The translations under genes were made by a program, and so were the position numbers. This document shows positions 45,471 to 55,012 of a stretch of DNA of 64,000 nt, piece after piece; within the stretch, counting starts at the first letter, position 1, and every line of letters starts with the position of its first letter. Source of the stretch: Blastocladiella emersonii ATCC 22665. Its lineage: Eukaryota > Fungi > Blastocladiomycota. The notes under the pieces were generated by a model. It was not told the origin of the DNA, searched no databases, and saw only the letters and a list, made by a program, of their open reading frames with translations. The DNA lies in the NCBI GenBank assembly GCA_025594325.1, contig JANHCV010000001.1:124001-188000 (forward strand), in the 5' to 3' direction.

Positions 45471-46679
45471 ATGAATGCTCGATCGCCACCACTGGCACTC
45501 GCACGGCAGCTCGCCGCCCGGAGACTGGCTGCCGCGCCATGCCGCTCCGTGCCCGCCGCTGTCGCCTCCGCGGGGCCATCGGCCGTCGTCGCGCGAGCCA
45601 TGTCGTCGCGCGCCGTCTACTGGAACCGCCTGCGGCCCGTCAAGCACGCTGGCCCGGACGCGGGCAACCGCGTCAAGCCGCCCGTCCACAGCACATACAC
45701 GCGCCTGCAGGGCAGCGGCTTGGTCCTCAACAACGTGTCGTGGTCGGCCCTGCCCAGCGACGTGCTACGTGCCCTGCTGTGCCTTCCCGGACTCGAGCGT
45801 GAGCATATCGACTACAGTACGTGCCTGCCCGCCTCGGAGAAAAGTGTCGCTGTTGAGACGGACTGACCCAAGCTCGCGCGCAGTGATCCAGCGCCGGTCG
45901 CCGACGCGCCTCGACCCGACGGGCCAGTGGTTCGTCAAGTTTGTTCCCGAGTCCGAGGTCGTCCTCGAGCGCGCCGCCGACCATCTCGCCCGCATCGCCA
46001 TCACCGGGCAGGCCATCACACCGTACATTGACGTACGGCGCTGCTGTCCCTTCCGCACAACCACGCAATGAGTGCTCACCCCGCGGCCCATGTCCCCGTG
46101 TATAGCGCGTCGAGACGTGGGAGCGACAGTTCATCACGCCGGCCATTGGCGACGCAACGGGCCGCGCCCTGCTCCTGTCCAACCTGCCCATCGGGTTCAC
46201 GCCCGAGGACCTGTTCCTGACCTTTCGCTCCTTCAACATTGTTCCCGAGTCGTCCAATGGCCCGCCGCCCGTCGAGATCCTGACCACGTACGTCCTACCC
46301 ATGTCCCCTGTTTCGCGCACGGCTTACTTATTCCCCTCCGTCCCTTAGCTCGACCAACTCGTCGATTGGCCGCGGCGTCGTCCGCCTCGCCTCGCACGAC
46401 GACGCCATGCGCGCCATCCGCGAGTGCACCAACAAGCTCGTTTTCCCCAAGTTTGCCCGCGTCAAGGGCGTCCCCGGCTCGCGCCTCGTGTGCAGCCTGC
46501 TCGTCAACGTCGTCCCCGTCTCAGGCGTGCCAGCTGGCTTTGGCTCGGACGCGTTCACGCGCACGTCGAACTCGACCGGCGGCAACGCGAAATTGGCGGG
46601 CAACAAGGGCGGCCGACTCGCGGACCCCGCCATGCCCATGAGCGACCTGGCCAAGTTCATCGAAAAGTACGAGGGCTAG
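45471..46679 (+). CDS. Putative mitochondrial RNA-binding protein with two RRM-like segments, about 335 aa
   Basis: Exons 45471-45816, 45884-46032, 46106-46287, 46349-46679 splice in frame. Arg/Ala-rich presequence; RNP2-like GLVLNNVSWSALPSDV and ALLLSNLPIGFTPEDL; GRGVVRLASHDDAMRAI. Confidence 0.7.
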
Positions 46680-46721
46680 ATAGATAAATGAGCTTGTTAT
46701 AGCAACCACCACACACGCAGC

Positions 46722-48669
46722 TCACGACTTGCCATCGCCCTGCGACTGCTTCTTGATGAAGCCCATCTTGAACCACCGCTCGTTGGCCGCCATGGCCTTG
46801 CGCTGCTGCTGCAGCGGGTCGGCAAATTCGAGCCCTTGCACGGGCGTGAAGGACATGGACGTGGCGAACCCGGACACGGCGCCCGAGTTGGTCGCCGTCC
46901 CCGACACAGTGCTCGTCGCGCCGCCCGCGAGCGCCCACGTCGATGTCCCCGGCAGCGGCGTGGGGGCCGTGAGCGCCGTGGCGGTGCCCGGGAGCGTCGA
47001 CGAGATGCCGCCAATGGCGCGCAGCTTCTTGTTGAGCTTGTCGCTGGTCTTGGCCTTGGACTTGGCGTCGACGGCCGGCGCGCGGATGCGCCCGCTCGAC
47101 ACGCCACCCGCGCTGCTGCTGCTGGCGCCGCCGCCAGCGCCGCCGTTCTTGCTGCCGAGCAGACCGAGGCCCTCGGTCTCGTCAAACCGCAGCACCTCCT
47201 CCTCGGCCACGCCGAATTGGACGCGGTTTGCGGCCTTGCCGAGGTCGGTCACGGCGTACTGCTCCTTGAGCTTGCGGGCGCGGCGACCACCGCGCCGCTT
47301 CTTGGGCGCGTCATCGGGCACCGGCAGCGCCTTGGTCGACTTGAGCGGCGCGGGGGCCATGGCCTTTTCGAGCTGCCGCGAAATGTCCGACTTGAGCTTG
47401 CGGCCGTACGAGCCTGAACACGATGTGTGAGGCAAGTTAGCTATCGTCACCAGCGGGTGTGCGAAGCAAAAGCGTACCGTCCGAGCAGCTGTGGTTGAGG
47501 TCCATGCGGGCGCACAGGCACACCTTGGCCGAGATAAGCCGGGCGGCCTTGCGGCGGTACTCGTTGGGCGTAAGGCGGACAAAGTCGGCGTCCCAGACGA
47601 ACCCGCGGTGCTGACCGGTCCCAATGTTGCTGAGCCCGACTGCGCCGGCCGTGGCGTTGTCGTCGCCGCGGCGCGCCAGTTTGCCGAGCACCAGGATGTT
47701 GCACGCGGCGATCCGCGTCAATGCCAGCAGCCCGCCGGCGGCGCCCACGAGTCGCGCAGCGACTGCCGTTCCGACCAGCGCCGACACGTTGGGCGAAAGC
47801 ACTGTCATGCGCGACTCAATGTAGGCGAGCATCGACGTGCGGGCTTCGTCGAGCGCCATGGCCACACGGCACGCCTCCTCGGCGCGCGCCTGCGCGTCGT
47901 CACCGATCTCGCGGCCGCGCCGCACGTTGGTCGATGCGCGACCGCCCGCCGCACCGCTGCGCAGCGGCTGGTTGGTGCTAAGGGCGAGCGTGACGGAGAG
48001 GACGACGGCCTCGGGGAGCACGGCACGCAGCTCGTCCTGCGACGCGTCGAGGCCGCGGCCGAGCGCCATGACGGTGCGCAGGTACTCGAGCGGCGACCGG
48101 ACCAGGCTCGCGAGCTCGGGGAACCGTGGGCCCCACTCGTCGACGACAAACTTGTGCAGCACGGCCACGTCCGTGTCGAGGTCCGGCAGCAGCGCGTTGG
48201 CCGCGACCATGGTCGCGTACTCGTCGTCGCGCTCGGCGGCCGGCCACGCCTCGGGTGATTCGCCCGCCTCGAGCCGTGTGCGGAACGCGGCAACCTTGGC
48301 CTGCAGGTCGCGGAACGACTTGGAGTAGTAGACGCGCGCGAGCGAGCGCAGGTCGCCGCGGCTGCTCGAGATCAGGTCCGCGATGGCGCGCTCGCGGCGT
48401 GCAGCGGCGACGGCCTCGTCCTCCTCGTCGTCGTCGTTGTCGCTCAGGTCGGCGCGCTTCCGCTTCGCGCCCGCTGCAGCGGGAGCATCCCCATCGTCGG
48501 CGGCACCGTCGTCCATGGCGACGTCGCCATCTGCGTCAGCACCGGCCGGAGCAGCCGCGGACCCGGCCTCGAGCTCCTGCTGCTCCGAGTCGCTGCCAAA
48601 GTCGTCGAGGTCCTCGAGGTCGGCCAGCAGGCTGGAGACGGGCGCGGCCGGGTGATGGTTCGATGACAT
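46722..48669 (-). CDS. PRP31: U4/U6 snRNP protein Prp31, about 627 aa
   Basis: Exons 48669-47478 and 47413-46722. Motifs LLADLEDL, LHKFVVDEWGPRFPELASLV, Nop domain YIESRMTVLSPNVSALVG...ACNILVLG, KKRRGGRRARKLKEQYAVTDL and SGFATSMSFTPVQGLEF. Confidence 0.96.
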
Positions 48670-49195
48670 GGTTGTTGCAGCAAGTTCCGACTGTAATCAG
48701 CGTTGTGAGAGTCGATGCGCAGAGGGCATACGAGCCCGGGGGCTTTGCGCGCGGTCGAGTGTCGCGCTCGCTTGGGTGCGCTCGTCGCTCGGGGCTCTCG
48801 CTCTCCCAACGTTCCCTGACGATTATGAATGTATGAAACAAATGAATGGGATGCGGCCGGTCCTCCTATGGCCGCTACTCTATGCTGTCACACAAAACGC
48901 TAAGCAGTGGGGTGCGAGTGCGCTGGCAGCCGCAAGTGTGCAGGACGCTGCTGTAAGGGCCACATGCCTGAAATGAGTGAAGACGACGGAACGCTGGTCA
49001 AAGGCGTGGTTGTGATGAGGAAGGGAGCGGTCTGCTGCAGGCTGGGTGGGTCCGCGATATCCACGACGACGACGACGCGACGGGTGTCGAAGTTGTGTGA
49101 GGGGCCACAACGCCGCCGCACGCTTGAGGAGCGCCCTTCGCCGCATACCGTCCGCATAAGAGGGGAGATGCTCGTCAGAAGGTGAGGTGGTGTTG

Positions 49196-49479
49196 TGGGC
49201 GCCGCCTGTGAGCGTCGCGCTAGAGGGCCGGCACCTCATTTCGCTGCTCGCCGACGTGGCCGAGGAGCCCGCCTTCAATGTGCTGCGCACCGAGCGCCAG
49301 CTCGGTTACATTGTGATGACGGGTGTCTGAGCATGGCCAAGGCGCTGTCGTATTACGTGGCCGTGCAGAGCACGTACCCGGCGGCGTACGTCGAGGCGTG
49401 CATCGAGAAGCTCCTCGCGATCGACGTGGCGCGCGTGCTCGCCGAACTGTCCGAGTCCGAGTCCGAGTCCGAGTTTGCT
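49196..49479 (+). pseudogene. Decayed, inverted partial copy of the insulysin gene (source region about 29420-29817)
   Basis: About 92% identical by hand count over 49235-49479. It carries a 1-nt deletion near 49322, a TCCGAG expansion at 49450-49473 and a 123-nt internal deletion relative to the gene. No start codon context and no intact frame. Confidence 0.92.
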
Positions 49480-50210
49480 TCAAAAGATTTATCTCGTGGA
49501 TTCTGCTTCAAAGTATGGGCGCGGGAAGCTCCTGCCGCCGGCGCCCTGTGCTGGTTGTTCCGCGCGTTGCGGCTCATGTATGCGGCCTCATTTGGCGTGC
49601 TCGCCGAGCACAATATTCGCGTAAATCAAGCCAGATGTCCGCCCACGCAAGTGTCGGAGAGCGTGTCCTGGCGTCCATACGCTGAGTCGCTTCAGCGCGT
49701 AGGAAACAGCTTGATTTGGCCTCGAGAGAGACAGAGGACCCACGTCCACCAGCCAGCAAGCACTCTGCTCTCGCACGCTGGCCAGGAACGGTACCGCGAC
49801 CGGCCCCCACGTGGAATCGGCGGGACTGCGTTGCTGGCGTCGACCACTCAGACGCCACCTTTGCATGTCCGCGTTTTTGCGCATCTGCGGCAGCGGCAGA
49901 GGCAGAGGCAGAAGACGAGGCGGTGACGACTGACCAAGCCGAGCCCCTCGAGTGTGTCCTCCCACCTCGGCCGCATCTCGGCCGTTCGCATCACACGGCG
50001 GTGGCAGGCGCGTCCGCTTTCAAACTTGTCCGATCAGATCGGCTTGCACCCGACTTGGCGTGCGCGGTGAGCGGAGTGGAGTGGAGCCGAGAGGGGCGGA
50101 AAGCGCGAAACGCGTCTCCAAGAGCGGCGCGTGATCGGAGCAGCGGGGTCACGCCATTTCGCGACGCGTCTCCCAGTTTTCGGGCGCTGTCTCCCGCGCC
50201 GCGCCGCGCC

Positions 50211-50240
50211 GCAAAAGGCAAAAGGCAAAAGGCAAAAGGC
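50211..50240 (+). repeat. (GCAAAAG)x4 tandem repeat
   Basis: Seen directly in the gene-free island. Confidence 0.9.
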
Positions 50241-50381
50241 AACAAACAAATGGATAATAATGGGGTCGAAAAGAAGATGGGATCCCGCGTTGTGTAGGGA
50301 ATGTGCGCTTCACGGAACAAGCTTGACTCAGGGTGTGCGTGCGCACGACATGAATGTTGATGGTCAATTCTTTCAACACTT

Positions 50382-50405
50382 GAAACTAGTTTGCAACCTA
50401 GTTTC
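50382..50405. repeat. 24-bp near-perfect palindrome GAAACTAG-T-TTGCAA-C-CTAGTTTC
   Basis: 22 of 24 positions are self-complementary; preceded by a TGTTGA...TCAACA stem at 50355-50378. Confidence 0.85.
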
Positions 50406-50917
50406 GAACCCATGCCGCAGCTACATCGCCAGCCATTTCCAGGCTTCTGCACAGTTAAGGTTACCCCCAGCGACCCAAGCTTGTCCGCTCCACTCGCACC
50501 CCACGCTCTACCAGTCAACTGACCTTGCCCAAGTGGCCTTCGGCCTCAAAACGACGCGGACGCGCGATACCGTGGCAAGTGCGTCCCCTGCAACGGTAAA
50601 CTGAGTGCGAGGTCGGCGAAGTGTCGCGTGTACCGGTAACAGCACCTCGAGTCGCCTCCGTCGCACGCAATGAGCTCACGAATTCCGTCCCCGTATTCAC
50701 CGCACATTGGACGTGAGCATTTTCCGTGTCCCTCAGTTGATAGATACAGCGCGTAGTTTCCCGCGCCTACTCCTGTCCATTACGAACACCGTATCGCGCC
50801 AGGCCGCGTGTCAAGCGTCGCGCGGCACACCCACCAAGCACGAAGCTCATGCCTCGGTCGTGTAACTGCACCGCGATCTTGTTCTCACAACGCTGTGAAG
50901 CTATGGCGAGACAAGGT

Positions 50918-51994
50918 TTATTCGGCCGACATGGGCGATACTGTCCAGCGCGGCGGCGGCGGATCGAGTACGCCGGCGGCTCGAAAATTGCGCTCGCGGA
51001 GACGCATGATCGCGCGGACGCGCCGCGCGTGCTCGGCCCCGGCCGGATCTTCTCCTTGCGCGCGCTGCCGACGCGCCGCGAGCGTCTCCTCGCGCAGGCG
51101 GCGGAGCTCCGCGAGTTGCGCTGAGCGCTCGTCGGCTGACTGGCTGAGGTGGTAGAAGGCGACGCCGAGGGTGCGGACCTCGCGCTTCGCGTCGTAGTGG
51201 TCGGGCGCGTTGATGCGCGCCGGCGAGGGCGGACGGTCGCGGTAGTCGCCCTCGCCGCCGGACCAGCCCGGAGAAGCGGACCGCGGGCGCAGCGACGAGG
51301 CAGGGACGAGGCGAGTGCGACCGAACTCGTCAACGGTCTCAATCATTTCCTCGTCGTCGCTGCGGTAACTGCGGCGGGTGCGTCCTGCCGGCGAGTGCGA
51401 GCGGGATCTGGAACGGGACGGTGGCCGGTGCCGCCGCCGGGCGCGGCTCTCGTCACTGCTGTACCCGCCGTCGGTCGAGCTGTCGTCGCCCTCGTGCCGC
51501 CGCTGGATCTGGTCGTAGCGCTTGGCGACAAAGTCGATGAGCGGCTGCGCATCGGGGTCCTTTTCAAGCTCATCCAGACCGCCGGTGCGCTCGAGCTCCT
51601 CGTACCGCGCCTGCTTGGCGCGCAGCGCGGCCTGCATCTCGTCCCACGACGGGCCCTCGGGCATGTCTTCCTCGGTCGCGGCGCCCTTGGACGACGCCTG
51701 AGCCGGCTTTAGCGACTCGCGCAGCCGGTCGCGGTCGCGCTTTGACAGCGCATTGACAAACTTCGGGTCGAGGCGCGACGCGTTGGTCCTTGCCGCCACG
51801 TCGTCGCCGGGTGCGAGCACCGCCGCGGCAGAGTCGGGGGTGGAGCGTCGCGCCTTGGCGGCGTTGACGAGCTCCTTGGTCCGCAGCAGCTCAGCGCGGA
51901 GGTCGAGCACGCCCGACACCTCATCGGCGGCGCCGCTGCGCGATTTGCGCGGGTTCGCGTCGAGGAGCGGGTCCTTGGACTGTCGGCGCATCAT
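50918..51994 (-). CDS. CCDC174/DUF4078-like protein, about 358 aa
   Basis: VLDLRAEL, LRAKQARYEEL, LIDFVAK, ETVDEFGRTRLV and HYDAKREVRTLGVAFYHLSQSADERSAQLAELRRLREET resemble this family. Start taken at MMRRQSK rather than the track start 52279. Confidence 0.8.
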   Translation of the reverse strand: MMRRQSKDPLLDANPRKSRSGAADEVSGVLDLRAELLRTKELVNAAKARRSTPDSAAAVLAPGDDVAARTNASRLDPKFVNALSKRDRDRLRESLKPAQASSKGAATEEDMPEGPSWDEMQAALRAKQARYEELERTGGLDELEKDPDAQPLIDFVAKRYDQIQRRHEGDDSSTDGGYSSDESRARRRHRPPSRSRSRSHSPAGRTRRSYRSDDEEMIETVDEFGRTRLVPASSLRPRSASPGWSGGEGDYRDRPPSPARINAPDHYDAKREVRTLGVAFYHLSQSADERSAQLAELRRLREETLAARRQRAQGEDPAGAEHARRVRAIMRLRERNFRAAGVLDPPPPRWTVSPMSAE

Positions 51995-52273
51995 GAAGCG
52001 CGTTGCATAGAGTGCCGAGAGTACATGGGCAGGGTTGCTTCTGATGGAGGGGAGAGGGCCAGGGAGAGGGCGGGAAAGCGATGCAGCCTGCACGTGCGCC
52101 ACGGGCGCGAGACGAACGCGTCTCGCATCGCGCCGGACGCCCACCGACCTCTCGGCTGGACACTTCCCTCGTTCCCTGTTCGAATTAACGGAAACCATGG
52201 AGCTGATGAAAACTTGTTGATGCAATAGATAGAGAGGCCCACTCGCCCAGGACTTATATAGGCACGCTACACA

Positions 52274-53716
52274 ATGCACGCCATGACTAGACTGTGCCTT
52301 CTGCTCTCCCTCCTCTTCCTCGCAACCGGGACCCTGGCAGAACCTGCATCTTTCTACCCACAGCGCTACGATGCATCACACTCCACCAACGGTCGGCTGG
52401 TCCTCACTCTCGTGCCGCCCTCCACTCTCGACCAGCCGTTGCAGCGCCGCCGGCCTGCACTCCGACCCCGCGATGTCCCCTCCGTTACCGTCGACCTAAC
52501 TTGCGATATTCCCTCTACCTACATGCGCGAGTGCGGCTACGCCAGGTCGGCATTTTCGCGCGCGGCGGCACACCTGTCGCGAGCCATCGACCTCGCGCGC
52601 CCGCTCGCCGTCCGCGCGTCGTACCGCTCGTTCTGCGGGACTGGGACGTGTGACGACTCGCTTCTCGGGCGGGCGGGCGCCTCGAGTTTCTGGGCGCGCC
52701 GTGAACCGCTCGACGCCGGCAGCAACGGCACCGCGGCCATCATGTACCCGCAGGCGCTCGCGCGACAGGTCGCGGTTGGTCGCGACCTAGCTTGGTCGAC
52801 CTATGAAATACAGGCCGAGTTCAACGCGGACTCTCCGCGCGGTCAGGCTCGGCGCAAGTTCTGGTTCCCCGAGTCAGGCCTCGCAATTGCCGGCGACCAG
52901 TACGACTTTGAGTACGTCGTCCTGCACGAGCTGGTGCACGGGCTCGGCATGATGAGCGCGTGGGGAACTTACTTTGACGATGACGCCCGCGGCACGGCCT
53001 TACCACTGCTCACGCCGCCGCCGGGAAGTTACGCTGCGCTCGACGTGGATGACGGCGGGCCCGTAGCGGCAACATCACCATTCGCGCAGCCGCTGCTCTT
53101 TGATACCCTAGTCTTCGACGTTCCGCGCCGCCGCAGCCTCCTCGCGTCGCTAGCCGCAATCGCGCGGACCCAGCCCGCCGCCTTCCCGAGCACCCCGCCG
53201 CCCACGGACCCCGGCGTCGACGCGGCCGCGGGCCTGTACATGCGCGCCACGACCGCCCGCACGTTTGCCGTCGCCTCGGACGCGTCAGGCGCGCACCCGC
53301 TCGCGGTCCTCGAGACGGCGTTTGCCCCGTTCGCGCCCGGGTCCAGCCTCTCGCACGTCGACCAGGCGCTGTACACGGGGACGCGCAACGCGCTGATGCG
53401 TGCGCGCGCGAGCCGCGGCAAGACGCTGGGCGAGGTCGTCGACGCGAGCGACCCGCTCGGACCCGTCGTACGCGGGGTCCTGGCCGCGCTCGGGTACACG
53501 GTGCGCAGCGTGGGCGGCGCGAGCGGGGCAGAGATGGCGCTCCGGGCCGAGGACGAGAACTGGACCGCCCAGGCCAACCCGCAGGCCCTTGCACGGCCGC
53601 CCGACGGCGCACCGTGGGTGCTGGCGGCAACATCCGCGGCGACGGTGGACGCGAGAGGGACGGTGGCGGCCATGGTCGTGCCGTTGCTCGCGCTCCTCGC
53701 CGCAGTCGTCGTGTGA
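52274..53716 (+). CDS. Secreted, probably GPI-anchored zinc metalloprotease-like protein, 480 aa
   Basis: Signal peptide (MTRLCLLLSLLFLATGTLA); YDFEYVVLHELVHGLG zinc motif; GSSLSH and ALM (possible third ligand and Met-turn); small-residue omega region plus a hydrophobic C-terminus. TATA-like CTTATATA near 52253. Confidence 0.85.
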   Translation: MHAMTRLCLLLSLLFLATGTLAEPASFYPQRYDASHSTNGRLVLTLVPPSTLDQPLQRRRPALRPRDVPSVTVDLTCDIPSTYMRECGYARSAFSRAAAHLSRAIDLARPLAVRASYRSFCGTGTCDDSLLGRAGASSFWARREPLDAGSNGTAAIMYPQALARQVAVGRDLAWSTYEIQAEFNADSPRGQARRKFWFPESGLAIAGDQYDFEYVVLHELVHGLGMMSAWGTYFDDDARGTALPLLTPPPGSYAALDVDDGGPVAATSPFAQPLLFDTLVFDVPRRRSLLASLAAIARTQPAAFPSTPPPTDPGVDAAAGLYMRATTARTFAVASDASGAHPLAVLETAFAPFAPGSSLSHVDQALYTGTRNALMRARASRGKTLGEVVDASDPLGPVVRGVLAALGYTVRSVGGASGAEMALRAEDENWTAQANPQALARPPDGAPWVLAATSAATVDARGTVAAMVVPLLALLAAVVV

Positions 53717-53767
53717 AACATAAACAGACTTCATTACAAAGAAAATGTACATCAGAACGCGAACGAC

Positions 53768-53977
53768 TCAGTCATGCTTGATAGAAATCTTGACGCCGTG
53801 CTCGCCGCCCGCGCAAAACTCGAACTCGCAGCCCGTCCCGCACGGCGTAGTGCGCTCGTGGAACGAGAACACAGGGGGCGTCGGCGGCGTCGGCGGGCGC
53901 GGGGGAACACCGGGCGCCTCGGGCGCGGGCGGAACGCTGAAGACCGGGCACACGGGCGGCGGCGGGGGCATAGGGGC

Positions 53978-54008
<31 letters not shown>

Positions 54009-54727
54009 GCCTGCGGCGCGGGAGGAGCCGGCGGCGCGCCGGCCTCGCTCTGTCCGAGGACGCCGTTGATCACGGCGCGCGCGAGGTCGCCAAACGAGCC
54101 CTCGAAGCGGCGGCCGGGCCCGACGTCAATGACGATCTTCGCGACACCCTTCTTGCTCGCCTTGCCCTTGCTCCGGTCCTCGCGGGCCGCGGACCGGCGC
54201 GCCTCCTCCTCGAGGTCGCGGTGCACGCCCTTGGTCGTCTTGGCCGCGCGGCGCGCGATCCGGGCGCTCCGCTCCGCGTCCTCGCTGACCGCAGCCACAG
54301 CCTCGGCACGCGCAGCGAGCTGCTCGATGGCCGCCGCGTGCACCGCGGCCGTGGCCGTCAGCAGGGCATGCTGCGCGTCGAGGAACGCGCGGGTCACGCC
54401 GTCCGCGGGGATCTCGGGCACGGGGAGGAGCTCGGGCGGGTCGTCGTAGATCTCAGGCTCCGATGGCGGGGCGGGCAGGCCGAGCGCCGACGCGAGAGCT
54501 GCGCGCAGGGCGGGCGGGAGTGAGGCAGCGGGACCCGTGTACAATGGCATCGCGGCGTCCGACGAGTGCACGGCGAGCGAGCCGTCCGGGTGCACTAGGA
54601 GCGAGTACGCGTTGGGCGCGGGAGCGGCGGCGGCGGGCGGCTTGTCGGCTGGGAATGCCGCCTTGCTCGACGACGAGGCCGCCGACGGGGAAGCGTCGTC
54701 GTAGGCCGGCGGATCGGTTGATGTCAT
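53768..54727 (-). CDS. Orphan Pro-rich protein with an N-terminal PPAY motif and a central coiled coil, about 319 aa
   Basis: ORF from MTSTDPPAYDD (54727, good AAGC-ATG context) with host-like codon bias; no recognised domain. Confidence 0.6.
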
Positions 54728-55012
54728 GCTTTGGTTGCTTCGTTGGTTCCGTTTGAGCTGAAGAAGCGGGAGTGGGGGATGGGGAGGGGTCTGGCCGCCT
54801 TTTTGTATGGCGCGTAACGTCGGTTCAGCCAGGCAGCCCGCCTCGCGCGCGGACCACCGGCGCCAGGCCCGGAACTTCATCATCGTGCACCGGATCGGCG
54901 GGGGCCACGTCACGGACCCCTGCCAGCGTGGCACGAAGGCCGAGGAACGCGTTGCGAACGACGCGTTGAGGACGAGGAGAGGAACGTGTGTATGAATGCG
55001 CCGACAGAAACA

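Noticed and set aside
50395-50430. B-box-like GGTTCGAAAC (minus strand) as a tRNA or SINE
   Set aside because: No T-stem pairing, no cloverleaf and no properly spaced A-box.
50454-50463. GTTAAGGTTA as a telomerase RNA template or telomeric seed
   Set aside because: Only 10 nt, the telomere repeat of this organism is unknown, and no supporting structure was seen.
50918-52279. 453-aa version of the CCDC174-like ORF
   Set aside because: The extra 95 codons cross the divergent promoter and overlap the start of the protease gene; family similarity begins after MMRRQSK.
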